This document shows positions 27,336-36,271 of a DNA stretch of 64,000 nucleotides, piece by piece. Positions within the stretch are counted from its first letter, which is position 1; every line of letters begins with the position of its first letter. A model generated the notes under the pieces. The model worked only from the letters and a program-made list of their open reading frames with translations. It ran no database searches and had not been told where the DNA came from. Origin of the DNA: Candidatus Yanofskybacteria bacterium RIFCSPHIGHO2_01_FULL_41_21. GTDB lineage: Bacteria > Patescibacteriota > Minisyncoccia > 2-02-FULL-40-12 > GWA2-44-9. A program made the translations under genes and the position numbers. Where the stretch lies: positions 8,455 to 72,454 of the forward strand of contig MGJA01000012.1 of the NCBI GenBank assembly GCA_001794025.1, written 5' to 3'.

Positions 27336-27782
27336 TTATTTATTTTTTCTAAAATATTTTTCTAACCCCCAATAATTACCGGCCCTGAAAACGGCTAGTA
27401 CAATCAAGACCGCAATGTAAATAATATGCTCATCAACAATAAACGAATTTAAACTTGGAAAACCCGGGTAAGGAAACTTGAGAATTGGAAGATAATACAA
27501 AACCATAAGTAAAACCCCGAGAGGAGCACTCCAGCGAACAAATATACCTAAAATTAACGAAGCCCCCAGTAATGTTAAGCCCCATTCATTCATAAAATTA
27601 GTAATTGGCAACATTCCTGGAGAAGCAAACCAACTAAATAATTCCGGAAATGTTTTGGCCCCCTGTAAAAATTTCTCTGCTGACCAGGCCGGATTTAATA
27701 CCTTAGTAATCCCCGCCCAGAAAAAAACCCAGCCCAGCCCGATTCGTAAAACAAATAATGAAATTCTTTGTAATTTATTCAT
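27336..27782 (-). CDS. DoxX-family membrane protein
   Basis: LFVLRIGLGWVFFWAGITK is the DoxX signature. Start codon is the terminal CAT of the Family D cassette. Confidence 0.7.
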   Translation of the reverse strand: MNKLQRISLFVLRIGLGWVFFWAGITKVLNPAWSAEKFLQGAKTFPELFSWFASPGMLPITNFMNEWGLTLLGASLILGIFVRWSAPLGVLLMVLYYLPILKFPYPGFPSLNSFIVDEHIIYIAVLIVLAVFRAGNYWGLEKYFRKNK

Positions 27783-27891
27783 CCCGTTAGAAATTCACAA
27801 ACCGTTCACCATTTTGTGGTGGTAGGACCGGCAAGCAAATTTAATTAGTAATTTATTATGATATTCCCGTAGGGTTAATTTCTAACGGGAT
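27780..27891 (-). mobile_element. Family D cassette, copy D3 (CATAAT -10-like)
   Basis: See 20529..20638. Confidence 0.6.
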
Positions 27892-27952
27892 TAATTTATT
27901 GCTTGCTATAATTATAATACTAACAAAAACCCGACACAAGCTAAAAAAGTGG

Positions 27953-29350
27953 TTATTTTTGAGATGGTAAATTACGAACTTCTTTTCGTCTTTCTTTAAT
28001 ATCAATCGGGTATTTACCAGTAAAACAAGAAGTACAAAACAAGGACTCTTTAAGCCCGGTGGCTTTAACCATGCCCGAATATGATAGGAAGTTGAGCGAA
28101 GTTGAGCCAAGGTAAGTATTCATCTGTTCAATGGTTTTATCAACAACCAGAAGGCCATATTGCCAAGGTAAATCAATGCCATAAAAATCCGGGAATCGGA
28201 CCGGCGGCGAACTGACCAGAAAATGAACTTCTTTCGCGCCGGTTTCAAAAAGCATCTTTACGATTTGGCGTGATGTCGTCCCCCGAACAATAGAATCATC
28301 AATCACAATTACCCGTTTTCCTTTTATAATTTCTTTGAGAGGCGCGAGTTTTAATTTTACGCCCTGCTCCCGAATATGTTGTTCCGGCTCAATAAATGTC
28401 CGGTGAATATACCGACTTTTTATCAATCCCATTTCAAAAGGAATACCGGAAGCATTGGCATAACCGATTGCTACAGGGATGGCGGTCTCGGGAACCGGAA
28501 TGACTACATCTGCAGAAATTTTATTTTCTTCAAATAATTTTTCCCCGAATTTTTTTCTGACATCATAAACCGATTGTCCCAATAAAATACTGTCCGGCCG
28601 AGAAAAATAAACAAATTCAAAGATGTCCAGTTTTTGAATGCTTTTAACAATCTGTTTTTTGTGAATTCCATTTTTATCAACTACGACTATCTCGCCCGGT
28701 TTTACAACACCTATAAATTCTGCGCCAATTGGATGAAAAGCGCATGTCTCGGAAGCAAAAACATAACCCCCATTTAATTTACCGATGGAAAGCGGGCGGA
28801 TACCATATTGGTCACGCACGGCAATTAGTTTGTCTTTGGTCATAATTAAAAGCGAAAAAGACCCCGTCATTAGGGGAAAAATTTCTTCAAGGGCTTTTTC
28901 TATTTTCATTCCTTCCTTCGTGAGGCAATAGAGCGCTTCAGTGATGAGTTTTGAATCAGAAACATCCGACAAGACCACACCTTTTTTCTTTAAAAAACTA
29001 TTAAGCGCTTTTACCGACGGTAAATTACCATTATGAGCCAAGGCGATTGAATGATCGGCGGTTTCAATGGGTTGGGCGTGTTTTACATCAGTACCCGATG
29101 AAGTAGAATAGCGATTATGTCCAATGGCGCAATGGCCAAATAAACTCCTGATTATTTCTTCATTAAAAACTTGAGCGACAAGACCATTATCTTTATAGCA
29201 GTAAATATTATTGCCGTCAGTTGAGGCAATTCCGGAACTCTCCTGTCCCCGATGTTGTAAGGCATATAAACCAAAAAAGGTCAGGCGACTTACATCCAGA
29301 CCTTTCCCATAAATCCCGAAAACAGCGCATTTTTCTCCAATGCTTTTCAT
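27953..29350 (-). CDS. purF: amidophosphoribosyltransferase
   Basis: Propeptide then nucleophile Cys (EKCAVFGIYG), glutamine amidotransferase type-2 N-domain, PRTase motif VVIDDSIVRGTT and C-terminal Cys cluster CFTGKYP. Confidence 0.9.
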   Translation of the reverse strand: MKSIGEKCAVFGIYGKGLDVSRLTFFGLYALQHRGQESSGIASTDGNNIYCYKDNGLVAQVFNEEIIRSLFGHCAIGHNRYSTSSGTDVKHAQPIETADHSIALAHNGNLPSVKALNSFLKKKGVVLSDVSDSKLITEALYCLTKEGMKIEKALEEIFPLMTGSFSLLIMTKDKLIAVRDQYGIRPLSIGKLNGGYVFASETCAFHPIGAEFIGVVKPGEIVVVDKNGIHKKQIVKSIQKLDIFEFVYFSRPDSILLGQSVYDVRKKFGEKLFEENKISADVVIPVPETAIPVAIGYANASGIPFEMGLIKSRYIHRTFIEPEQHIREQGVKLKLAPLKEIIKGKRVIVIDDSIVRGTTSRQIVKMLFETGAKEVHFLVSSPPVRFPDFYGIDLPWQYGLLVVDKTIEQMNTYLGSTSLNFLSYSGMVKATGLKESLFCTSCFTGKYPIDIKERRKEVRNLPSQK

Positions 29351-29386
29351 ATAATTTCAGTATACCGCACTACTATAAAACAATAA

Positions 29387-29632
29387 TTAAATTAATTTCT
29401 TCGTCCTTCGGCCACGAAAATAAGCGACTAAAATCCAAATGATCAAAGAAATTATACACAAAATTCCAAAAATAGTCACGTAAATTAGGGCTACTACTGG
29501 CATAACAATTACGCCACCCAAACCTGCCTTACTTGACGGAGACGCTAAGTGATAAAAAACGTACACGATAATACTCAGTGAACCCAAAACAAAAACGATA
29601 AAATGATAAATGAATATTTTAGCTTTTTTCAT
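29387..29632 (-). CDS. small membrane protein (hypothetical)
   Basis: 81 aa with 2 TM helices. Confidence 0.4.
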   Translation of the reverse strand: MKKAKIFIYHFIVFVLGSLSIIVYVFYHLASPSSKAGLGGVIVMPVVALIYVTIFGILCIISLIIWILVAYFRGRRTKKLI

Positions 29633-29931
29633 TATATATTTTCCAACCTAGGTTTAAGCCACTTTATAAGCCGATCGTATAAATTAGTTAAATGTGCGTA
29701 TTCCTCAGGAGAAGTGCTTTGAAGAAAAGATTTTTCAACGAATAAAACATTGGAAAGGTTTTCCAGGGCCAGAACATCCTCTTCTTCTATTGCTCTAATA
29801 TGAACATTTTTGAGATCTTCACCATAACGGTCAGTTTTGTCCTTATATCGCCCTTCAACCCAAATTCTAAGGCCTTCCTTAGGAAGAGTTGGACCTAATT
29901 CATTTATTTCTATAGATTTTTCGGGAGACAT
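29632..29931 (-). CDS. hypothetical protein
   Basis: 99-aa soluble ORF. Start overlaps the stop of the upstream gene (operon-like). Confidence 0.4.
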   Translation of the reverse strand: MSPEKSIEINELGPTLPKEGLRIWVEGRYKDKTDRYGEDLKNVHIRAIEEEDVLALENLSNVLFVEKSFLQSTSPEEYAHLTNLYDRLIKWLKPRLENI

Positions 29932-29940
29932 GGATTGCTT

Positions 29941-30171
29941 TTAGGTATTATTCTTTTTAAAATATTTTTTCCAGAGATTAAGACAATTATTCTTTGTCTT
30001 TTGCCACCTCGGCCAACGGTCACCAAAAACCATATCCAGTCCAATAATAAGCAAGATTGACCCGGGCGTGAACGGAGTAATTAAAATTAGAAAACCAACG
30101 ATAATAAAAAAGATGCCGAGCAATTTTTTCGTCTTTGCTGGCTGGTTTATCTCTTGCTGGTAGGTCATCAA
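29941..30171 (-). CDS. small membrane protein (hypothetical)
   Basis: 76 aa with one TM hairpin. Confidence 0.4.
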   Translation of the reverse strand: MMTYQQEINQPAKTKKLLGIFFIIVGFLILITPFTPGSILLIIGLDMVFGDRWPRWQKTKNNCLNLWKKYFKKNNT

Positions 30172-30234
30172 AGATATTATATGTCTTTTAAATAATATCT
30201 CCTAGTGACAAATTATTCGTACTGGCTAGGTCTT

Positions 30235-30798
30235 TTATTTGTTTATCATTTTGCTTATCAATAATTTACTGACGAGAATTCCCAATACCAACAAAATAAG
30301 ATAGGTACCCGCAAAATATAGAATATGCGGTCTGAATGTCCTCGGTAATTGGGTAATCACGAATATACTGTACCAAGACAAAATTGAGACGGTTCCGGAA
30401 AACGCAAGTCGCCATGATATTTTTTTTATTTTTTCTGCAGTCAAAGAAGAATCAACCAACTGTTTCAATCTTGGAAAAATATAAAATTTAAAAAACAGTC
30501 CATTTAAAAATACGATCCCTACCAACGACAATTTCGTTTGCCAACGTGGAGAAGACAACAAGGCCAAAGAACCCTGCTCTGCATAAATCAAAGCGAAGAT
30601 AATCAATCCGGATACAATTAATAATCCCAGACCAACCCAAATAACTTTTGATAAAATGCCCAGAAACTCCAAATTTTCACGGGATAAGTATCGCTTCCGC
30701 AATACTTTGAAAAAAGTGATATCACTCACAGTTGCCCCGCCAAGACCAAGAGCAAACCCCACAAGATGCACAGCCAACAAAATTTTTTGTATATCCAT
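30235..30798 (-). CDS. membrane protein (hypothetical)
   Basis: 187 aa with 4-5 TM helices. Confidence 0.5.
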   Translation of the reverse strand: MDIQKILLAVHLVGFALGLGGATVSDITFFKVLRKRYLSRENLEFLGILSKVIWVGLGLLIVSGLIIFALIYAEQGSLALLSSPRWQTKLSLVGIVFLNGLFFKFYIFPRLKQLVDSSLTAEKIKKISWRLAFSGTVSILSWYSIFVITQLPRTFRPHILYFAGTYLILLVLGILVSKLLISKMINK

Positions 30799-30926
30799 AT
30801 TTATTAATACTTTAACTAAGTTATAACTTTAGCTGCTGCCGAGCCGCGATTCGAACTAATGTTAAATTTCCTCTTAAAACCTTGATTTTTTATTCTATAT
30901 TTCAGTTCAAATCTTAGACCCAGTCC

Positions 30927-32744
30927 TTATTTAAAAGTTGCTTCAAAAAAATCTGCTATTCTTTGATATAAAACTTTTTGATTCTTCGGTTTTGAAATTC
31001 CGTGCCCCTCATCATCAAAAATTAATTTTTCGTAAGGGATATCATACTCTTTTAGTTTCTCCTCGACCGCTTTTACATTTTCTGGAGTAACGTTTGGGTC
31101 TCGAGCGCCTTGAACGATTAAAAGTTTGCCTTTTATATTTTCAATAAAGTTAATTGGAGACCGTTCTTTATAAATTTCAGGAACTTGAGTCGGTGAACCA
31201 CCCATCATTTCCTCACCGTAAACCCTAAGGTCTGGTCGAGTTGTATTATAATCCACCACCAAATCGGTCATTCCACAAATAGGAGCTGCGACTGAAATAT
31301 ACTCCAACGGAAAATGAGTAATCGCATACCACGAAGAATACCCGCCATACGAAGTACCGGTCATGGCAACTTTAAATGGCTCGGCAATCCCATCTTTGAT
31401 TAATGCTTTAATACCCTCGAGTATATCCAGTTGTTCTTTACCACCCCAACTATCTTTTTTAATTAACTCTTGAAATTCTAACCCGAATCCCGTGCTGCCC
31501 CGGTAATTTGGGTCAAAGACATTAAAGCCACGAGAAACATAGTATTGGATTTCTCGATCAAAAGAATCATCACTATGGCTGGTTGGTCCACCATGAACTG
31601 AAACAATAGTCCCTCTTGTTTTTCCTTGTACCTTGTATAGCCATCCTTGAATTTTTAATCCATCAACTGATTGCCAATAGTACGGTTCTGCTTTAGCCAA
31701 GTCTTCTTGAGAATATGGCACATGTTTAAAAACATCGGTTATATTTTTAATAACTTGTCCTGAGTTAGTATTCCATAAAACCAAAGTGTCTGGCTGTTTT
31801 GAATTAAAATATCTACTTAACCAAGTATCTTCTAATACTGGGGTAATCGGTAGTATTGTTCTTGTTTTAGGAAGGGCTGTCTCTTTAAAAGAAATGGGAT
31901 TAACAAATAAAGTTTTATATTGAGCATCTTCGATTTCAGTAATTTTAAATAAATCAGTACCATATGGATTCACAATAGAAGTTATGTTTCTTTTGGGGTC
32001 ATCGACGATCCATTTGATTTGATCAGTTTCAATATTGTATATGCCGGCCCTACGAAATTTATTTTCTTCAGTGGTGAAAAGAATATCTTTGCCGTTGTTA
32101 TGCCAAGATGCCCAGACTTTTGAAGTTGGGCCAAAGTTTAAGATCTCTTTGTCTTTTTTGCCATCAATATCCACGAGCCAAATTTGGACACCTGCAGGAT
32201 TAATATCATTGCGAGTGTAGAAAATATAGATACCGGTATAGTTCATCTCGACATCTGTATATCCTGGTTTTTGAGGTTTAGCCAACGCAATCCGTTCATC
32301 TGTTTCGAGATTGTGTTTATAAATAAACGCTATTTCAGTTTCTTTCTGTTCTCCAAAATCATAGTTAGCAGCATAAACTAAAAATTTTCCGTCGGGAGTA
32401 ACCTGCCCGCCATGGATATAATAATTTGGGTGCTCTGGCGTTAATGGTTTTGTTTCCAATGTCTCGGTATTCACCAAATATAGCCGGGCGCGCTCATCGC
32501 CATCATAATCATGGCTTACTACCACATGTTTGTTATCTGTAAACCATGAACGGAATCTGGTATGTTGTTTAAAGTCAGTTATCTTTTTCGCAGGAGCAGA
32601 ACCATCACTTGGAGAAAAATATAAATCCCTTACTGGGGCAAGGTTAACCCAATTCCAAACAACCCATTTGGCATCTGGGCTCGTACTAACATTGCCGATC
32701 TTAGGTGTTTTTAATAAATTATCTAGATTTAATTCCATAGTCAT
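30927..32744 (-). CDS. S9-family serine peptidase (prolyl oligopeptidase / acylaminoacyl-peptidase-like)
   Basis: N-terminal beta-propeller region. C-terminal alpha/beta hydrolase with GTSYGGYSS nucleophile elbow and DDEGHG near the C-terminus. Confidence 0.85.
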   Translation of the reverse strand: MTMELNLDNLLKTPKIGNVSTSPDAKWVVWNWVNLAPVRDLYFSPSDGSAPAKKITDFKQHTRFRSWFTDNKHVVVSHDYDGDERARLYLVNTETLETKPLTPEHPNYYIHGGQVTPDGKFLVYAANYDFGEQKETEIAFIYKHNLETDERIALAKPQKPGYTDVEMNYTGIYIFYTRNDINPAGVQIWLVDIDGKKDKEILNFGPTSKVWASWHNNGKDILFTTEENKFRRAGIYNIETDQIKWIVDDPKRNITSIVNPYGTDLFKITEIEDAQYKTLFVNPISFKETALPKTRTILPITPVLEDTWLSRYFNSKQPDTLVLWNTNSGQVIKNITDVFKHVPYSQEDLAKAEPYYWQSVDGLKIQGWLYKVQGKTRGTIVSVHGGPTSHSDDSFDREIQYYVSRGFNVFDPNYRGSTGFGLEFQELIKKDSWGGKEQLDILEGIKALIKDGIAEPFKVAMTGTSYGGYSSWYAITHFPLEYISVAAPICGMTDLVVDYNTTRPDLRVYGEEMMGGSPTQVPEIYKERSPINFIENIKGKLLIVQGARDPNVTPENVKAVEEKLKEYDIPYEKLIFDDEGHGISKPKNQKVLYQRIADFFEATFK

Positions 32745-32843
32745 TAGTTTTAACTTTTTAAAACCTATGGGTCTAGGTCATGGGGTCTAGGACTAGAACC
32801 AAAATAACCCGCAATACACCTAGGTCCTCGATACTTCCAACCT

Positions 32844-32917
32844 TGGCTGCGGGGGAAGGAATCGAACCTTCATTTTAGGATTCAAAGTCCCGCGTCCTAC
32901 CGTTAGACGACCCCGCA
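32844..32917 (-). tRNA. tRNA-Gln (anticodon TTG), CCA encoded
   Basis: Minus strand: UGCGGGG-UC-GUCUAACGGUAGGAC-G-CGGGA-CUUUGAA-UCCUA-AAAU-GAAGG-UUCGAUU-CCUUC-CCCCGCA-G-CCA. Cloverleaf folds with a 7-bp acceptor, GG-containing D-loop, UUCGAUU T-loop and anticodon UUG. One C-A mismatch closes the anticodon stem. Confidence 0.75.
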
Positions 32918-32921
32918 AATA

Positions 32922-33617
32922 TTATTTTTTTGGAATAGAATTTATTATACCATTTGTCCAGCCAGAAATCTTTCTATTTAATTCAGAACTTGCCAATATG
33001 TTAATCCTCAATACCCCATAATAATCGTTACCAACATTCATTCTCCTTGTATTAATCTTATTCTTTTTAAAATAGATGTGCCTGAACTTATCCACCAAAA
33101 TAGATGTTTCTTTTGACCAAAACTTTATCACTGCCGGTATTCTATCTCTGTGACTTTCATGTATGTAGATTTCTGGAATAATCCTTTCTTTAGAAATACC
33201 GCATACTTTAACTAACCAAAACATGAAAAATCTTATCATATTTTGGTCAGAATTGCTAAATTTAGCTGAAGACCCCGGACGCAACTCTTTTTCTTTAGAT
33301 CCTTCTGCCCAATAAAGAGCAACGCCTATGAGCCACAATTCCCTTTTGGATAATACTCCTATTTCTTCTTCAGCTATTGTTTTAATTCTATAACTTCGTT
33401 CAATTCTTTGTTCCTTTTTTTTAAGGCCCCCTCGCAATGCAGAAGCTAATTTTTTGTCAGTAAGTCGTTGTTTCTGTTTTTTAGATAATCCAACGGACTG
33501 TAACCAAAGAGCTAAACTAGATTTTGCAACCGGAATTTGAGCAAGAATTTCAGAATAAGAAAGACCTTGTTTTCTCAATTCTACGGCCTTAATTTTTTCT
33601 GATTCTTTTTTAATCAT
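32922..33617 (-). CDS. HTH-domain protein with degenerate single-motif LAGLIDADG-like endonuclease fold
   Basis: N-terminal resolvase-type HTH (GLSYSEILAQIPVAKSSLALWL). WLIGVALYWAEGSKE ... FFMFWLVKVCGI parallels the LAGfvDGDGS ... fLdkLvdeiGvG of I-CreI-like proteins. Stop codon is 5 nt from the tRNA-Gln 5' end. Confidence 0.45.
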   Translation of the reverse strand: MIKKESEKIKAVELRKQGLSYSEILAQIPVAKSSLALWLQSVGLSKKQKQRLTDKKLASALRGGLKKKEQRIERSYRIKTIAEEEIGVLSKRELWLIGVALYWAEGSKEKELRPGSSAKFSNSDQNMIRFFMFWLVKVCGISKERIIPEIYIHESHRDRIPAVIKFWSKETSILVDKFRHIYFKKNKINTRRMNVGNDYYGVLRINILASSELNRKISGWTNGIINSIPKK

Positions 33618-33760
33618 CCGAACCTAGGTTATACACTTAAGTATATCATCTAGGTTTTTGGTTGCAAGTGTATAATTTTTATTATGCATTATTCTTAAAC
33701 TTCTCAAATAAATTTGACAGATGTTAATAATGATTATATATTCCACAAAGGGGGCACATA

Positions 33761-34030
33761 ATGTCAATATACAGTTTGGTCAGAACTAGAATATTGCAAG
33801 TTATTATATACTCACTCATTCTTGGTCTGGGTGTAACTTCACCGTTTCTTTCGTTTCAATTGGCGATTTTAATTATCGTTGCCGTATCAACGCTCTTCAC
33901 CACATACTGGCTTCGAGGCCGGTTCATGAGTTTCATTGAAATATGGATAATTCCCCTGCTGTTTTACTCGGGATTTATCTTGGGAACAATCGTAAAATTC
34001 GTTTTATACCTGTACTTCCCCTCTGGTTAA
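33761..34030 (+). CDS. small membrane protein (hypothetical)
   Basis: 89 aa with 3 TM helices. Preceded by SD GGGGG and an extended -10 TGTATAAT about 70 nt upstream. Confidence 0.45.
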   Translation: MSIYSLVRTRILQVIIYSLILGLGVTSPFLSFQLAILIIVAVSTLFTTYWLRGRFMSFIEIWIIPLLFYSGFILGTIVKFVLYLYFPSG

Positions 34031-34112
34031 CAAACCAGCAACCGCCCGGCGCATTGCGCCGGGCCATTTCTTTTTTAACTAAATTTGAAACTACCAATCA
34101 AGGATGAATCCT

Positions 34113-35183
34113 TTACAAGGACATCACCGCGAGTTCCAGGGGTAGTTGAGGAATAGGAGAGAATTTTATTTGGCTTCGGGCTAAAGTAAACGTATTTATA
34201 ATTTTGATGAGTTTTTCGTTATCTATAGTATTAAGGGCAGAGAATTGTTGGTGAGCTTCGGGACCTTCAATGGAGGCCGAGAGGGTTGGATTTACCCGTG
34301 AAAGCAAAGCGCTTCGGGCGTAAGATATAAATTCCTTAGTAAAATGTTCCAAGTCCATGCCCGCATCATGAATGGTATGAATAAGGGCTACAGCCGAGGC
34401 CTTGTCGCCCGAAGCAAGAAATCCTAATAATTTAGGATGATAGGAAATAGGTATTAAACCCAAGACATCTGCCACTTCTTTTTCTCCAATTGGACCCGAA
34501 GGAATCATGCTTCGGATTTTGGTTAATGCCACTTCGGCGTCACGAAGCGCGCCATCGGATGATTTGGCAATCGCCAACAAGGCCAAGTCATCAATCTGAA
34601 TTTTTTCGGCTTGAGCGATGGATTTTAATTTAGTGACCATTTCGGCGGGAGTAATGCGTTTGAAATCAAAACGCTGGACGCGGGAAAGAACCGTCGCTAA
34701 AATTTTATGGGGTTCGGTTGTGGCGAGAATAAACACCACGTGAGCCGGCGGTTCTTCAAGAATTTTTAATAAGGCATTAAAAGAATCCTTAGTAAGCATA
34801 TGAACCTCGTCAATCAAAAAGACCTTATATCCGCCCGACGGCGCAGAGACCTGGGCCGATTCTTTGAGAGCACGAATTTCATCAATTCCGCGATTAGAAG
34901 CGGCATCTATTTCAATTAAATCCAACGAGGTGCCATTATTGACCGAGAGACAGGCCTCACATGTATTACAGGGTAGGATAGTCCCCTTCTTCCCAAAATC
35001 TGCGCAATTGAGCGCCTTCGCAAAGATTCTCGCTATTGTTGTCTTTCCTGTCCCTCGCGGGCCCGTAAATAAATAGGCCTGACCCACTCGGCCAGACGAA
35101 AGCGCCCCTTCAAGAGTTCTGACCACATGCTCTTGTCCTACTAATTGTGAGAATACTTGAGGTCGGTATTTTCTGTACAGCAT
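34113..35183 (-). CDS. dnaX: DNA polymerase III subunit gamma/tau (short form)
   Basis: MLYRKYRPQVFSQLVGQEHV, Walker A GPRGTGKTT, zinc module CNTCEAC, SRC motif. Confidence 0.9.
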   Translation of the reverse strand: MLYRKYRPQVFSQLVGQEHVVRTLEGALSSGRVGQAYLFTGPRGTGKTTIARIFAKALNCADFGKKGTILPCNTCEACLSVNNGTSLDLIEIDAASNRGIDEIRALKESAQVSAPSGGYKVFLIDEVHMLTKDSFNALLKILEEPPAHVVFILATTEPHKILATVLSRVQRFDFKRITPAEMVTKLKSIAQAEKIQIDDLALLAIAKSSDGALRDAEVALTKIRSMIPSGPIGEKEVADVLGLIPISYHPKLLGFLASGDKASAVALIHTIHDAGMDLEHFTKEFISYARSALLSRVNPTLSASIEGPEAHQQFSALNTIDNEKLIKIINTFTLARSQIKFSPIPQLPLELAVMSL

Positions 35184-35188
35184 AAAAT

Positions 35189-35218
35189 AGTAATTAGCGA
35201 TTAGAACCTAGGACTTAG
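35189..35218. repeat. left inverted repeat / heptamer array (AGTAATTAG-CGATTAG-AACCTAG-GACTTAG) flanking the four-helix-bundle gene
   Basis: Matches 35573..35602 in inverted orientation, with the two middle heptamers swapped. Confidence 0.45.
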
Positions 35219-35558
35219 CCCTTTTTATCATACTATTCAACATTTTCCTAACTTCAGTAAGTAAGTTAACTATATCAGTATAACCTGACTTTATATAGTT
35301 CAGTTCATATGCCAATATTAATTGGGATTCAATTTCACTTGTTGAACCAAATGCCATAGAAAGAAACTGCTGTCCCTCTTTAAATGTTCTTCTACTAAAT
35401 CCTTCTGCAATATTGGACATAACTGAAACAGAAGCTCTTCTGAGCTGATTAGTGAGCCCGTATATTTCAGACCTAGGAAATGATTCTGTTACCCGATATA
35501 TTTCCTTAGTAAGGACCAGCGATTTCTGCCAAACAATTAGATCTTTGTAAGAATTCAT
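35208..35558 (-). CDS. four-helix-bundle protein (family commonly found in 23S rRNA intervening sequences)
   Basis: DLIVWQKS...E.YGLTNQLRRASVSVMSNIAEGFSR...E..QFL.MA.GS..E...QL.LA is the characteristic pattern of this family. Confidence 0.8.
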   Translation of the reverse strand: MNSYKDLIVWQKSLVLTKEIYRVTESFPRSEIYGLTNQLRRASVSVMSNIAEGFSRRTFKEGQQFLSMAFGSTSEIESQLILAYELNYIKSGYTDIVNLLTEVRKMLNSMIKRAKS

Positions 35559-35572
35559 ATCCTTCTGTTTTT

Positions 35573-35602
35573 CTAAGTCCTAATCGCTAGGTTCTAATTA
35601 CT
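35573..35602. repeat. right inverted repeat of the four-helix-bundle cassette
   Basis: CTAAGTC-CTAATCG-CTAGGTT-CTAATTACT. Confidence 0.45.
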
Positions 35603-36269
35603 TCCTGAAGACGGCGAGTTTGAAGCCGACGAAACTGAAGACCAAAGCTATTGCCGAACCGGCGACAGCACCGACGTTAGCCCAGATATGGGCGTTCAAA
35701 CCGGCAAAAGGTTGAATATAATTTACAACCAATGTGGCGATGCCAACATTAATAGAGAATGAAACAACAGTGACTATAAAAAACTTACCGAATTCAGTGG
35801 CTCCGCCTTCGTTATTTTTGGAGTGAAAAGCCCAATATTTATTCCAAATATAACTGGAACAAAGAGCAATCAGAAACGAGATTGATTTCATGGCCGAATA
35901 ACCCTTGCCGTCAACGAAACCAGTTTGCGAGATAAGAATATTTAAAATTCCAAAATCAACGGCAGCATTTGTAAAGCCAATAGCCGAAAATTTTCCGAAT
36001 TGGTTGAAAAATTCCAACCACTCCCCAAGAAGGTACCCCAACAATACACCAAGAATCCAAAGAACAGGAACCAGAAATATTAACCAAGTCCAAGAAATGC
36101 CATCTGTCGCAGACCCGAAACAATAACCCATATCACAATTTATTCCACTGGAAAGTAATTCCGGTATTTTTAAAAACTCAAATATCTTCCACCCAATCGT
36201 GCCCGTGAGCAATCCTGTCAACACCGCAAACCCCAGATCACGCTTAGTAAATTTTCGCAAAAAATTCAT
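35598..36269 (-). CDS. GtrA-like family membrane protein
   Basis: C-terminal half has the GtrA pattern (G..N...DF..LN.L ... NKYWAF) with 4 TM helices. N-terminal extra TM region. Confidence 0.5.
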   Translation of the reverse strand: MNFLRKFTKRDLGFAVLTGLLTGTIGWKIFEFLKIPELLSSGINCDMGYCFGSATDGISWTWLIFLVPVLWILGVLLGYLLGEWLEFFNQFGKFSAIGFTNAAVDFGILNILISQTGFVDGKGYSAMKSISFLIALCSSYIWNKYWAFHSKNNEGGATEFGKFFIVTVVSFSINVGIATLVVNYIQPFAGLNAHIWANVGAVAGSAIALVFSFVGFKLAVFRK

Positions 36270-36271
36270 GA

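Noticed and set aside
30834-30925. Possible tRNA fragment (GCCGAGCCGCGATTCGAAC) and a 12-nt match to the Family A start (CTTAGACCCAGT)
   Set aside because: Could not fold a cloverleaf from either strand. The Family A match is too short (12 nt) to distinguish from chance; possibly a decayed remnant, but unsupported.
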